Part shown: positions 16,081 to 29,751 of the stretch, one piece after another
Layout of the letters: every line of letters starts with the position of its first letter
Position numbering within the stretch: the stretch's first letter is position 1
The notes under the pieces: generated by a model
Databases searched by the model: none
What the model saw: only the letters and a program-made list of their open reading frames with translations
What the model was told of the DNA's origin: nothing
Made by a program: the position numbers and the translations under genes
From: the human T2T-CHM13v2.0 reference genome, Homo sapiens
Length of the DNA stretch: 64,000 nt
Assembly: GCF_009914755.1 (NCBI RefSeq)
Contig: NC_060926.1
Direction: 5' to 3' (one strand)

Positions 16081-16543
16081 TGTAAGAGGATGGGTCCTGA
16101 ATGGCCTTGGCGTTTGCGGCTCCCCCCAGCCTCCTGCTTACAGTTATCAGAATAACTGTAGAATACACTTAGAATGCAACGTCCCGAGGCAAGGAAGAAC
16201 TGTCTAAAACAGCTCAGGCTATATCCTCATTCCTCCTAGAACAGGATGTCTTGTACTGCTTGAGCTCAGTGATTCCAGTTATTCCTAGAGTATAAAATTC
16301 AGGGTGGAGCATTTTTGGAGTCCCTTAATTGCTATATAATGTGGGTGAGCACGGAAGAGACCTCATCCACCCTGGGCAGTTTTCCTGAGCTCTTGGGAAC
16401 TGGTTCAGTGGATCCTAGGCTTTTGTTTATCATTGGTGCCTATCTGTGAGTAGTAAATTTGCTTTGCCTGACATGTTGTTGCTTTTCCTGACAGGTTGTA
16501 TGAATGTTATTTCTTTCCAGACTCATGCAAGTGGCAGAGAACA
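16081..16543 (+). mobile_element. ERV solo LTR (LTR47-like; subfamily uncertain)
   Basis: TG start; AGAATAACTGTAGAA...GAATGCAAC and CCTCCTAGAACAGGATGTC motifs; TATAAAA; AGTAAA polyA variant. Confidence 0.6.
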
Positions 16544-17462
16544 TTTGCACTCACATCTCATGGCCCTCCCTCTTGATGACCTTCTTCTTGTCTCCCCGAG
16601 GATAGAATGAGTTGGAAATAGGGTGGTCTTCTTTTCTCTCTATTCTCAGTCCAATTCTATGGTGGTGCATAATACCACAATATACTTATCTCAGACCTTC
16701 TTATCTTGGATCATCTGCTGTTTTAGCAGTAAAATTTATAGACATTCATTCTCTCTATATAACAACCCTATATCTCAGGCAAAGTGGAGGCCAGGGGAAA
16801 AGACACATGCACAGACATAGGGGCAAAACCACAAAATTCATATCAAGATATGAAGCCTGTACCTGTATGGCAGGAAAAGTACAAACACAGAAAAATTAGA
16901 GCAGAAGAGGGTGGCAGCAACCAACCAGCATGTATTTGTTAATTGTCATTTCCATGCAAGATGCTGTAGGGACAAGCAGGAGAAATTAGGTCTGCAAAGC
17001 CCAGGTCTCTCAGTGGTGTGTGACTAGGGACAGATCAACGTTCAGAGAATGTGAGAGTGAGGAATATGTTCACTAAGGGAAGGTCCAAGGTGTTGAAGAA
17101 AGAATGCCAGCTTCCTAATTGTCACCTCTTCCATAAGCCTTGTTAGCTCCACCCTGGAAGACTTCATTTATCCATCCATTCATTTACTCAACAAGGGTTT
17201 TTGGTAGACCTTGCTCTTTTCTATTATTTCAGGCCACCTAAAGCTATTACAATGGCTTATACATTTCTCATTATTATGTGATAAACAGCCTACCTCCTTT
17301 TTTGTAACAGTGTCAATCAACGTGAATGTGGCTTTCCATGAGAATTCCAAGCTTGACAAAATGAAGAGTGGCTCTACCACGTACTGGCTATATGATCTCG
17401 AGCAAGTTGCTTAATCTTCCTGAGTCCAGTTTTTTCACTCACCAAATAAGAATGATAATAGT

Positions 17463-17808
17463 TGTATTAGGCAATTCATATTTCCATAATAAAATACCAT
17501 AGACTGAGTGGCTTAAACAACAGAAATCTATTTTCCCACAGTTCCGGAGGCTAGATGTCTCAGATCATGGTCCAGCAGGGTCAGGTTCTGGTATGGTGTC
17601 TTCCTGGTTAGCAGATAACCACCTTCTTTCTGTGTCCTTACATGGTAGAGAGAGAAGGAAAGAACTCTAATATCAGGTTAGGGCCACACCCTGTGATGTC
17701 ATTTAATCTTTGTTACCTTTTTAATGCCCCAGTCTCCTAATATAGTCACATTGTGGAGTTAAGGCTTCAACATAAAAGCTGTGGGAGGGCATAATTTAGT
17801 CCACGACA
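17463..17808 (-). mobile_element. MLT1A-like MaLR LTR, adjoining a MIR fragment at about 17360-17460
   Basis: AAATACCATAGACTGAGTGGCTTAAACAACAGAAAT ... GGCTTCAACATA. Confidence 0.8.
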
Positions 17809-18401
17809 GCATGCATGTGGCCGTTTTCTGCAAGTGTCTTTCCCAGTGATGGAGGCAGATCTGGAGGGAATCGACGAGTGCCAGCCCCAGCCCTCCTCAA
17901 TGAGGGACAGGACCTAAGCTGATTAATGCTCCCGGTGATGGCACATTTCTTCTAGGGAGCCTCAACAGCTGCTACCCTAGTCCATGGACATGTTCAATGA
18001 CTTTAAATGCAACAGGCAGGGGCCTGGGCCCTACTCCCCAGTCTACCAGAAGACTTCTGGGCCCTGGGTTAAATTAGCAGATCCAAATGTAAACACCAGG
18101 AAAGGACACAGACAGACTTCTACCTCTCATAGCAAAGTTCTGCTCCTTGCTAAGACAAAAACATCCAGTTATACTCTTCTTCCAGAATGAATGGGCTCTT
18201 GCCTTAACCTAAATAATTTTAGAGAGGCCACTGAAATGCTTCTTCACGAAACAACTATCTGCTCCAAAATGGGTTTTTTGCTGCCGAAATGTATTAAATA
18301 ATGGAAGGGCTGAGACTTGAGAAAGTCAGTTTCCTTACTACTAATTAAAAGCATAAATTCATATGTGATGAAGTTCTGCTTTGCTGGCCATGCCATTAAA
18401 G

Positions 18402-18604
18402 TTCTTTTTTTCTTTTTCTTTTCAGCTTCCCAAGTAGCTGGGATTACAGGTGACCACCACATGCCTGGCTAATTTTTCTATTTTTAGTAGAGATGGGTTT
18501 TACCATGTTGGCCAGGCTGGTTTCAAACTCTTGACCTCAGGTGATCTGCCTGCCTTGGCCTTCCAAAGTGCTGGGATTACAGACGTGAGCCACCGTGCCC
18601 CGTC
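18402..18604 (-). mobile_element. AluS lacking most of the right arm
   Basis: T-tract joins directly to CAGCTTCCCAAGTAGCTGG; left arm complete. Confidence 0.88.
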
Positions 18605-18609
18605 TATTT

Positions 18610-18935
18610 TATTCTCCAGTTTTATTGAGGCTATTTTTTCTCCAGCTATTATTGACAAATATAAATTGTATATATATATAAGGTGTAAAACCTAATTTTT
18701 TGAGACAGGGTCTTCGTATCACCTAGCTGAGTGCAGTGTAATGATCATAGCTCTTCACTGTGACCTCGACTTCCTGGCCTCAAGCGATCCTCCTGCCTCA
18801 GTCTCCCAAAGTGCTTAGATTACAGGCATGAGCCACCATGCCTGGCCTTGATGTTTTGATATATGTACACATTGTTAAATGATTACCACAACCAAGTTAG
18901 TTAACATGTACATCACCTCCCATAGTTGCCATTTC
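18610..18935 (-). mobile_element. L1MA-type 3' end fragment, split by an Alu monomer
   Basis: ATTGACAAATATAAATTGTATATAT ... TGATGTTTTGATATATGTACACATTGTTAAATGATTACCACAACCAAG. Confidence 0.7.
18696..18847 (-). mobile_element. Alu monomer (FRAM-like or left/right chimera)
   Basis: About 150 bp; left-arm-like 5' part, right-arm-like 3' part. Confidence 0.85.
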
Positions 18936-19267
18936 AAGATGAAATAAATTCAGCTTTTTTTTTTCATTTGTATTTATTGTACTTCTGATTGTTATCTGCA
19001 AGGCTTTTTGCTAGAAGGAAATATGGAGAATGTGAAGTGTGAAAAGCAAGTTCCCACTATTGGAAAGCTTCCAGTATAGCTTGAAAAACAAAATATACAT
19101 ATCTGAAAAGATTAATACAGTATGGGAGTTAATAATTCTTTAGGAAAACAAAGTGGGTATCCATCTGCGTTTCGTAGGGCCATGGTGAAATCCTAAATTC
19201 ATGAGTAAAAGTGAGGTGTTAAGGGCCTCCAAAATACTGGTTCAATAGGTGAATAAATGCATGCATG

Positions 19268-19355
19268 ATAGCCAATGGGGATGGGACAAGAAACTGTAGT
19301 AGCCAATGGGGGTGAGGCACAGGACACATGACAACCAATGGGATGGGACACGGGG
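19268..19355 (+). promoter_or_regulatory. Three phased CCAAT (NF-Y-type) boxes in a degenerate ~31-bp repeat
   Basis: AGCCAATGGG, AGCCAATGGG, AACCAATGGG with CCAAT at 19272, 19303 and 19335; function not shown. Confidence 0.4.
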
Positions 19356-20733
19356 GTCATTGCAGGCCACTGAGCCAAAGCCTTGGAGAACACAGGCACT
19401 CAGCATGGTTGAGCTGAAGCTGCAGTTGTCAGTCACTCAAGGATCTCAGCGAGGCTCAGCCCGGGGAGTATTTGGATCACCCATCAATTCACAGTGCTCA
19501 TGGGCAAGAATGAATTGATTCAATTTTTTTTGGTCTTCCCACTTTTTGCTTTTCAATGGATAGAGCAGATGGAAATCTTGTTTCTCAATTATTCAGTGTC
19601 CCCATTTGATCTGAGTACATCTGGAAAGAGATTATTTGAATACATTTGCTTTTTAAAAATGAGAGTGAAAACAGACATGGAGTAGAAGGAGGGGGATTTT
19701 ATCTTTTTCTCCCTGCCTGTCCCATCAGTATAGTTTCCCAAGAAAAACAAAGAAATAAACTCTTACAACATTAAGTCACAGCAGGGACTACTTCTGTTCC
19801 ATTCCTCTCATCTCAAAATAAACTTAATTTATAAGGACTGGGAGGGCTACAGTGATATTCTGCAATGCAAATAAAACACAGCATGAGCACATACACAGGA
19901 AGAAAGTTTCTGGGCTCTGTAGAGAGGCATAAAAAGTTGGGGCAGGCATTAGAAATGATTACTTTGGAAATGAATTGCAATTTTCCATTTTTAAGGGAAC
20001 ATATGTTGCTACAGTTTTCTCTTCCTGGATTGACTAGAGGGTGGCCTTTAGCCAGTTTTTTACCCTGATCGATTTGGCTGACTGGATTGGGTTTGAAATA
20101 CCCATGACGATGCTGTTCTTTCAGCATCTTCACTCCCACTTATTTCTCGTCTTGGAGCCCAAGGAGTTCAGAGCAATGTCATCACTGATTGTATTTCAAC
20201 TATTTATTTTATCTGGCAATTAAAAAGTGTGCTAACCAAGCCACGGCTGACATACCAACTGAAGCATGTCCAACCATCACTTTTCTGACGCTCCAGTTAC
20301 AAGGCAACAGCAAAGACTGAAGGACAAATCTTTTTCTGACCTTTTTATGAAGTTAGATGATGATATTGGACAAGGCAGGGATCTAAGACTAGCTCTCAGC
20401 AAAACAGTGAGGGCAGAAAATTTGTCTTGGGCACTGGCTACCTTTTTGCTCTGCTGCTGGCCTTTCAAGAACTCTCTGCAGGTTTCATCTCCCACCATCC
20501 TTGTTCTTCCAGTTAGGCGGAGGGCAATCTGATGACTGCTCATGCCAAGGTATCAGAGACACAGTGAGCTACCCATTTTGAAACTATTCAAATGTATTAA
20601 ATAATGTCTGCAAAGGGCGAGGCTTAACTGCAAAACAAGTTAACAGTGGAATTTCAGGCACAGTAAATCTTAGATTGGGGAAAATATTAGAGAACATAAA
20701 AGCTTTCTTGATATTTAAAAAGACACATATCTG

Positions 20734-20811
20734 TCCATGCATCCATCCATCCGTCCGTCCGTCCGTCCGTCCATCCATCCTCCATCCATCCGTCCATCCA
20801 TCCATCTATCC
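20734..20811. repeat. (CCAT/CCGT)n tetranucleotide microsatellite
   Basis: Read directly. Confidence 0.95.
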
Positions 20812-21529
20812 AGACTTCATCTCAGTTTGTTATTTATGATACTAGCTGGCTATGCTCAGACATTTATGAGCTTGAGGTCTCTTTTAAGGTGAGGGCAGAG
20901 TACTCCTATCATATGCTCTACATTACACCTGTGGAATCTGACCCCTCCTCCCTGCACATAGGGAAGGGTCTGGTTATGGGCACAGTTTGAAGGAACAACA
21001 TTTGTTGCATTTGCTCTCTGTTTCCAACTCTTCTCTTCCCCAAGGGCTATTTGGGGACCCTAGGATGCCCTTTATTTCTTATATTTGAGACAAAATTAAG
21101 GTTACTAAGTGAGACTAATCACTAGAACGTGAAAAGTTTTAAATGGTAGCTGAATCCCAAAAGTAAATGGAGAGAAACTTACCATTATTGAACAAAATCA
21201 GTGAAAGGGACACTCAATGATTTAATTTAATGCTTTAAAATTATTTAGATTTATTTTAATGGCACATAAAAAGTGTTATTGACACTCAGTATTTAAAGCA
21301 GAGTCATTGCCCCAGTGACCGTGGAGTAGTTTCTTAGACACTATGATCAAAGGAGCCAGTTTGTCAGGAGGCAAGAGCAATCTGGCTCTAGGGGTCTCCC
21401 TTTTGGCAAGGATCATACACTATTGACCATGGGGTCTGTTTAACAAGGAGATTGGACTGGTCACCACCTTCTTTTATGTCTCTTTGATCCTCCCTTGGGT
21501 CACTCCTTCCCCCCAACACATCATGTATT

Positions 21530-21745
21530 TTATGTCTAGTACTGTTTTGAGTGCGTTCCATAGATCAACTCATTTAGTCATCATAACAACCCTAGATGTA
21601 GACACTCTCATTATCCTGACCCTAGAGGAAACTGAGGCACAGAGAGATTAAATGACTTGCTCATGGCCACAGATTTTGTGAGCAGCAGTGAAGGAATTTG
21701 AGCCAAGGCAGTGCCTGGCTTCGGAGTCCGGGCTGTTGACCACTC
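21530..21745 (-). mobile_element. MIR
   Basis: GAGGAAACTGAGGCACAGAGAGATTAAATGACTTGCTCATGGCCACA. Confidence 0.8.
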
Positions 21746-23216
21746 CACACCTCTGTCTCTTGTCACACTCTCTCAGAACTGATTTATGTGTTTCGTGTAG
21801 CAGTTACCCCACTCTCTCCTCTATTGTGGTTGTATCATCATGTCCTCTTTTCCACCACAACACTATGGTCTTCCTGGGATTAGGAATTGCATCTTATATT
21901 ATTCTCTGTGATGTGTTGCTGGCACATAGTGGATAAAACACACGTGTTTGCTAACTTTATCACAAAGTAACGTTAGAGTAATTCTCTGGAAATATACCAA
22001 GTGAAAAAGCATGCTTGTGTATGCCCTGGGATTTTCTGCCTCTGTTGTCCTCAGCCCAAGGGACTGGGAGAGGAGCCAGCTTGGGCCTTTCTCCTAGGTT
22101 CCAGTGGGGAACTTGCTGAGACCCGGAGAGGGGTTCTTGGTGGGCTGGGATCAAGGTGGGCTTCTTGGGTTGATTATCTCTGTCCTAAATAATCTTACTG
22201 TTGCCACAATGCCATGGGTACAGATGGAGTGAGAGAATCTCCGAGTTGAAAGAGGCCCCTGGAAGGTAACTCCGGGTAGATGACTGTCTGGCCTGCGGGG
22301 CAGGTGTCTGTTTCCTTCTGGAAGATCTTCAGGGTGAATGATGGTGCAGTTTTCCTCAGTTACTCATCTCTGATTTCACCTTAATTTGGACTCCTCCTTG
22401 TGAAATAATGTGAGCTTTCATATAAAATTCAATATAATGTAGAAGAGTTGGGTTAAAAATAGCAGTAGAACTCACGCTTTAAAAGGAACAACAGGAATAG
22501 ATGTTCCCAGGCACCTAGGATGTGCTAATTTAACAGTTTTTCATTGATCTTGGCTTCAAGCTTTCTACATCAAAACCAAAAAGTGAACTAAAATTACATA
22601 ATTTTCCTTGTCAGATAAAAGAAATCCTTCAAAAATTTTGATAAATAATAAATGTTCCTTTGGATTAAACTCAAGGTGGAATTTACCCACAAGTTGCTTT
22701 AAAAGGAGCATTTAGTCATTAGTGAGCAATGTCTTTAAATATGAATGACAGCACGTTGCATCAGGCCTATCCCTGAGGCATACCTTACCAAAGATGTTTC
22801 CATAGGTATTTGGAGGTTTATGTTATGGTAGCAAGTTGGAGAGCAAGCATGCAAGGGTGTTAGCATGTGCACACACACGTGATCACCCTGACTCATCATA
22901 AGAACCCTGTGGAGGTCAGCAGCACAGGTATTAATGTCTTTATGTTTCATGGCAAATAAGTGGTAGGTCTGGGACTTGGAGCCAGGGCTTCTAACCTGAA
23001 CCCCTTGCACTGTCTATGTAAGGTCCAAATCCTTGGCTTTCTGATGACTTAATAATAAGACAACCTAAAGATCCTAGGAAATCATGTGGTTGGTTGTCTA
23101 TTACAGTGGCTCCCTCAATATTCAGTCTATTGACAATCAACTTATCTAGCAAATGTCTACAGCACTGATCTTTAGTATTATGAAAATTCTTCATTGTTGA
23201 TTAAAGTGATTAGGGA

Positions 23217-23543
23217 GGACAGGTGTGGTGGTTCACACCTGTAATCTCAGTGCTTTGGGAGGCCAGGGTGGGAGGAGCACTTGGGGCCAGGAGTTCAAAG
23301 ACCAGCCATGGCAACATAGTGAGACCTTGTCTCTACCAAAAAAAAAAAAAAAAAAAAAAAAAAAGCCAGTCATGGTGACACAGACCTGTAGTCCCAGCTA
23401 CTTGGGAGGCTGAGGCAGGAGGATACGTTGAGCCCAGGAGTTTGAAGCTGTGATGAACTATGATTGCACCACTGCTCTTCAAGCTGGGTAACAGAGCAAG
23501 ACTCTGTCTCAAAAAATAAAATAAAATAATTTAAAAAATTTAA
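23217..23543 (+). mobile_element. AluJ with expanded central poly(A)
   Basis: Dimeric Alu; TSD AAAGTGATT(A/G)GGGA at 23203-23216 and 23544-23557. Confidence 0.92.
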
Positions 23544-24209
23544 AAAGTGATTGGGGAGACAAGCTCACCATTCTGTTGAAAAAGTAACAAGCTTTAGGTC
23601 TTCACCCTGACAAAAGTTACCCTACATGGCAAATGGGTCTTACATCCACTAGTTTTAAAAAGGCACAGGGAGGCTGTCTTCCTCTGGGCTGAGATAGGTC
23701 TGAGGTTGCACGTGAACTTGGCAGAGATGGTTGGTGACGGATGGTTGGGGAAAAGCAGTGCTGGCACGTGGGCCATGTATTAGTCAAACCAGAGACAGAA
23801 ACATTTCTGTTAAAAGAAAAAATACTGCAGATGTAAAAATCATTGGCAAATGTATATGGTTTAGGCTCAAAGGTCTGTATTATTTATTATGAAAACATTG
23901 AGGGCACACATTACCGGCCAAACGCTTCACTCACCAAAGAAGGATCTTAGAATAATCTCCGTGAAACTTCTGACTTTAAATTTAGCTGCGTCGTTGGAAT
24001 AGGCCCACTAGGATGAGTTTTCCATGAAGTGCACTCTTAAGTGCACTTATGAATGAAATTACTTTATGGGCAAGCTTGTTTATGGGAAATTGGATATAAT
24101 GTGCCAAATGCAACTATCTGAGCCCTTGTGCAATGAGAAGCTGAGCTGCTTTTTTGGACAATAACCAGCCAAAATGTTCGAGTACTTCTGATACTATTAG
24201 CGACATTAT

Positions 24210-24430
24210 TTGAGCTTTCCACATGCTCCGGACAGTGTCCTAAGCGCCTTGTGAGTCTTAGGTTAATCTTCATAATCCCTATCTGGTGGGTGTTACTGTC
24301 ATTCCCATTTTACGGATGAAGAAGATGAGTCAAAATGAAGTTAATTATCTTGGCCAAGGTTACACAGTTGGTAAACGGGAGAGTCAAAATTCAATCCTGG
24401 GTAATCTAACATTATAGACTCTATGGTGCA
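24210..24430 (-). mobile_element. MIR
   Basis: CCCATTTTACGGATGAAGAAGATGAG...TTGGCCAAGGTTACACAG. Confidence 0.75.
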
Positions 24431-27400
24431 AAGTGTAGCAAGAGGGGGCTTTGGAAGATTAATTGTATGACAGTTGTTTGATGCCCACACAACACCTTCC
24501 TCACCAAGGATGTCTGACTTGGGGTGGGAATCACACAACAGGTGAGTTCAGGGTGGGGTTTTTATAAACCTGACTCTCTACTTCTAGGGTTGAGAGCTAC
24601 AGAGTCTGATACTGCTTCACTTGTCTCTTTCCATGACAGAGACATTACAGAGATACTGATATTTGTGTCACGTCTAAAGTTCTGAGGTGAGATGGAACTT
24701 GTAAGTTTAGGAGAGATTCCTTATCCAGTTCCTCAAAATAAACTGCAGTGATGCTACCCAAAGAAGTGGAAAGATGCTGCTAGTTGGGAAACAGCACCTG
24801 TCTGCTACAGCATGCATCCAACTTGCCCAGCAGCTTAGCGTACCAGGAAAGCAGCTCATTAAATCGTCTCAGACATGGCCACGTTTAGCACCATTTACAT
24901 GTGAGATTATTTCTGCCCTGGGACTATCACTCACTCCCTACTCAGATTTCAGCACCAAAATGTCAAACTGGCCTTTTCCCCTCCTATTTCAATTACCACT
25001 GTCCTAGATGGATCCCTCATTACTCCTTTCTCAGGTTATTGCAGTTGCTTTCTATCTGCTGTCCCTGTCTCCAGTCCCCTTACTCTTTGATTTTGTCCTA
25101 AGTACTCATTTAATAATTAGCCTCTATAGCACAGATTCTATCCTGTTACCCTCAGCTGAAATTTAAGAATTTCTTTACTTCTTTTGAATGGTTTTAATGA
25201 TTCTCTAAAACCTTTCCTTTGTCTATTTATCTAATTTTCTTTCTGGTGACTTCTCTTGACACATTAGGCCTCTCAGCTAAATGTTGAATGTTCTCTACCC
25301 CCTTGCTATTGCTTATACTATTTTCTCTAACTGGAATATTTTCAATTTCATCTCATAACAATTCTACTCATCTTCTGAGGCTTACACCAGATAATGAGTC
25401 TCTGAGATGCCTTCAGTAATCAACTATATTTGCCCATATGGTGTTGCTGTGTTCTCAACTCCCTTTTATGTATTGTTTCTGTATTGTTTAGGATATTTTG
25501 GATTGCAGAAACAGAAACTAACTTTAGTTAATCTAAGGAAAAAGATAATTTGTGTACAGATATAGAGAGTGTCATAAGCCACAAGGGCAGGGATGCAGTT
25601 AGTCAATTGGAAGATAACCAGGAAGCAGAACATTTACAGAATCCCTCTCTGTCCATGTCTTTGTATTTACCCCATTCTCTCTCTTTCTCTGCAGAATGAT
25701 TTTCTCTGCTTCTCTATTCAACATGCCAACGTTTCCAAATACAGCTTTTGATAGGATTTTCAGTCCAATCCTTGATTCTCAGGAGAGTAATACAACTGGC
25801 CTGTCTTGAGGAATATGTCAGGCATAGGTCCAGTGGGCTGTGGCTAGTGAGGGGCGTTATCATGCAAACGTAGCTGTTGAGGACCATCTGAAAAGTGGGG
25901 GGGGGGTGAGTTTCTGAAGAGATGGGGCATCAGACAATTGGGGCGGATCAATAATTTAAAAAAGTTTCTGCTACAGTCTCTACTAGGTTTTCTTAACCTC
26001 AAGAATACAAACGATATTCTCTTTCTTATTTGTTTAATCATCTCCAAACTCTCATCTTCCCAAGGTCTAAATATGGCTGGTCATATAGTGACACTCTGCA
26101 AAATAAGGCAATTTTGTTAAGGATGATACATGTAGGAGAGTAACAAGTTGTTAAATGTTATTCTTACCCTCATCTCAGATTTTCAGTGAAGATTCCAAAG
26201 GCTGAGAACAAACCATCTACTGCCAAATATCCACACTCATAAGACAGTGTGCTAGACAAGACCACCTGAGCAGAATGTGCAAGGAGGCTGTGAAGTTGCT
26301 TCTGTGCTCACTGGCCTACCACCCACTTTCAGCAATTGTAGGGGGAGAGACAGAAGAAGAGTGGAAAGAGGATTTCTTCAGAGAGACCTGAGAGGGTTCT
26401 GTGCATTTCTTCCACCCTCATTAATACTTTTCACTGATTTTAAGCCAATGAAGAAGGGATTCAAGGAAATTACTCAGAAAGCCCGTCCACATTCCTTCTA
26501 ATTTGGGATACTTAGAGATTGACATCTTATTCTCACCCAAAATGAATACAGGCAGGTGGCTGGGGCTGTGTCCGGTCAGCAGTCCAGATTCAGCAAAAAT
26601 CTAGATAGAGATAGCTGAAGTGAGAGTGAGCTGAAATTCTGCCAATGGTGGGATAAAGGAATATATCATCTGGGAAGGTAAGTCTTAGTGGGGAGATGGC
26701 TTAGATGAATCCTTTTGGTCACCCAGGAAGGTCACCTGGAAGGTTGATACGACCCTAACTGAGAGATGAGTCCCTGGAAGCAGAAGTGAAAGTTCAAAGC
26801 AGAAAAACATTGCATGAGGCAACAAAACTGGAGTCAAAAGAAGAAAATCTCTGGAAAACAGCAAAGCACATCAGGAGAGGAAGAGTCCACTTCAGACACC
26901 TGCAGTGGCCGAACGGCACAATCTCCAGATCTCAACTATGCCAGCAGCTGGTGAGTAGAAGAGGAGGTGGAGCAGAGAAGAGAAGAAAGGTAGAGTTAAC
27001 CACTGCCTCTTCTCCATGGCAGGCTTCCAAGCCTGAGGAAGGTGCCAGATGAGGGAGAGGAAAGGGCTACGTTAAATAGGAGTTTCCACATTGTATGGCC
27101 CTATATGGAATTTATGTGATTATACGATTAGACCTGGCTCATGTTCTGCTCCTATTACCCTTCATTGGACATTTTTATATCTGAAAGTGACCAAAGCAAT
27201 GGGAATGTGCAGCAAAATTTCATCAAAGAGGTGGTAAAGTATAACTGTGTTGATCAAACTTATGGGGAAAAGTGATGAAAAATAAAACTAGTTTTTGCTT
27301 GTTCCTGATTAAGTCTGGTTTAGTCAATAAAACATTATTGAAGTTCAAAAGGAAGAGGGAATCACTGTGGGTGAGGATAATCAGAGAAAGTACCATGGAA

Positions 27401-28087
27401 TAGGAAGGGCTTGAGCTGAGTTTTAAAAGCCTGGGTTGGATGCAGATAGATGTCCGACCTTGTTCTTACCTATGAAGTATTTATGACAAAAACTCATTTT
27501 CTGTGCTCATTGGTTCTTGGAAGCTCTGAAGATTCTGACACTAGTCAAATTGAGATGGAGCAAATGGACTGTGCAAATCTTATGCTATTTACTGACCACT
27601 GGACAGGAGCTAAGCTTGACAGAGGCTTAGCAGTGAGTCAGGAATGTTACTTGAAAGGCTTAGGCTGCATCTTGAAAAGTCTTGTTAAAAGGCAATGTTT
27701 GGGGAAACTTCAGTGAGAGGCCAACACCCAAGGCAGCATATCTCTATTAAATGACTTGGCATTGATTCAAAATATTCACATTATTTGAGCTCAGATAACT
27801 CAAATTTGGCTAGTCTAATACATATGCCACTGAAAGACTGAGATTGTATTTCTTCCAAAGAATTTTCACATCTGATCTCATAACATCTGTGTGAGAAAAG
27901 GAAGGATGAGGATTACTTTTCTTTTTTCATAAGAAGATTGCATGACTTGTTCATATTGACATCGTAACAAGCCATAGTCCATTAATATGAATTACATTAT
28001 ACTGGGAAGTTCTGTTTCTGGCAAGAGGTATCCGAACTTAACCTCTACTCAGAAGAAATTCTTCAACAGCTAGAACAGGCAAATTCT

Positions 28088-28860
28088 TATCTATTTCTAT
28101 CACGACATGTAATAGACTACAAAAATGGCTGCAAATTATCCCCCTCCCTCCATCTGCATCCCTTGGTAGTGTTACCCCACACTGACTCTGGCCTTGAGAC
28201 TAGCTTTGGCCAATGGAAATTAAGCAAATGAAATACAAGTAGAAGTTCAAAAAACACTTGTGTATTGGAACTTTTTCTCTTGATGTGCCTGGAACACAGG
28301 TAAATGAGCCCATGGCAAACTGCTATGTGATGAATCATGTCCTCTATACATTCATACATTTAAATCTTAACCTCCAGTATGTTAGAATGTGACTGCATTT
28401 GGAGATAGGGTCTTTAAAGAGGTAATTAATGTTAAGTGAAGTCACGAAGATGGTTCCTAATCCAATAAGAATGATGTCTTTATAAGAAGAGTAGATGGGA
28501 CACAAACACACACTGAAGAAAGATCATCTGAGGACACAGGGAGAAGATGGCACCTGCAAGTGAAGGAGAGAGGCCCTCAGAAGAAACAATCTTTATGACA
28601 CCCGGATCTTGGACTTCTAGTCTTCAGAACTGCAAGGAAAGAAATTTCTATTGTTTAAGCCACTCAGTGCCTGGTACTTTTTTGTGAGAGCCGTAGCAGG
28701 CCTAGCACCAGCTTACTGGAGGATGAGATATCAGTAGAAGAGAACTGAGGCACCCTAGTGAAAAGCCAGCCAACTGCCGGACTCATGGTGAGCCAGGCTA
28801 GCCCACCCAGCTGCAAGCTGACCTTAGGCATCTGAGGAAGCCTAGATGAGATGAACTGAC
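28088..28860 (+). mobile_element. Old MLT1 LTR (F/H-like) split by a younger MLT1
   Basis: GACTAGCTTTGGCCAATGGAA in the 5' part; resumes after about 28708 (CTGGAGGATGAGA...). Confidence 0.6.
28321..28707 (+). mobile_element. MLT1B-like MaLR LTR
   Basis: TTTGGAGATAGGGTCTTTAAAGAGGTAATTAA; GATCTTGGACTTCTAG; TTGTTTAAGCCACTCAGT. Confidence 0.8.
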
Positions 28861-29751
28861 GTCAGTGAGAGAAGACAGAGATCCCTGGATGCTTCTTTCA
28901 TTTCATAGAGAGGCTTGCTGGGCACATGTTTGTGTTACAGGAAAGGGACATTGCCCCCCCTTTGTGTCCTCTTTTTATAAGTAACTGGGATAGTCACTTT
29001 GTCAGGGAAGGGAAAAATAGTCTACTTGGATGCTAGCTAGTCCAGAAATAGGTGCCAGATTTTCTTTTAGGAACTCTTCTAGAAAGTTGGCTGCCAAGCA
29101 CCTGGTGACCTCCGGCCCATGGGAGCATGATGCCCCTTCTGCCAGGGGCACTATTGTTGTGGGAAGCTGAACTTGAGTGCATGTCCCCCACTGTGAGAAG
29201 GGAGGAGCCCTCAGTGTATACTGGCTCCTTGTCTGGGAAACCCCATGTGAACTCCAAGGACGTTTTCGGACAGTCCTTGTCATACCACACTTTGATGGTC
29301 TGTGAAAACCCAAACAAAGTCAAAGAGAAAGAAGAAGCAGGTTGCATCTTAGATTCTCACTGGACTTTCCATTGTAGAAAGGCAAATTCTTGGTTTTCTC
29401 GCTAACAGATGGAAGAACCAAAGATAATGCTATGGAACTGTGTCATTCCTCATATATAAAGGTGATTTATTTTTCCAGTTAGTGGGATAGATCTGCCCTG
29501 AGCCATTTACTGATTCTTGCTAAATTTCCCTATTGTTCAGATGAGCACATTTTCTTAAATGGCTGGTTGGATTCAGGAGTGCTGTCTGTGACTGGAGAAT
29601 AGATGGAAATGAGCTGAGTTAAATGGAGATCTTAGTCACCTTTATCGTATTGTTGTTAGCTTTCAGTAAGTTAAGCTAACCCACAAGGCTTTCTCCCAAT
29701 GTCCTATCCTTATAGTGCCTGTTCCGTGTGGACTGTGAAATCTGAAGGAAA

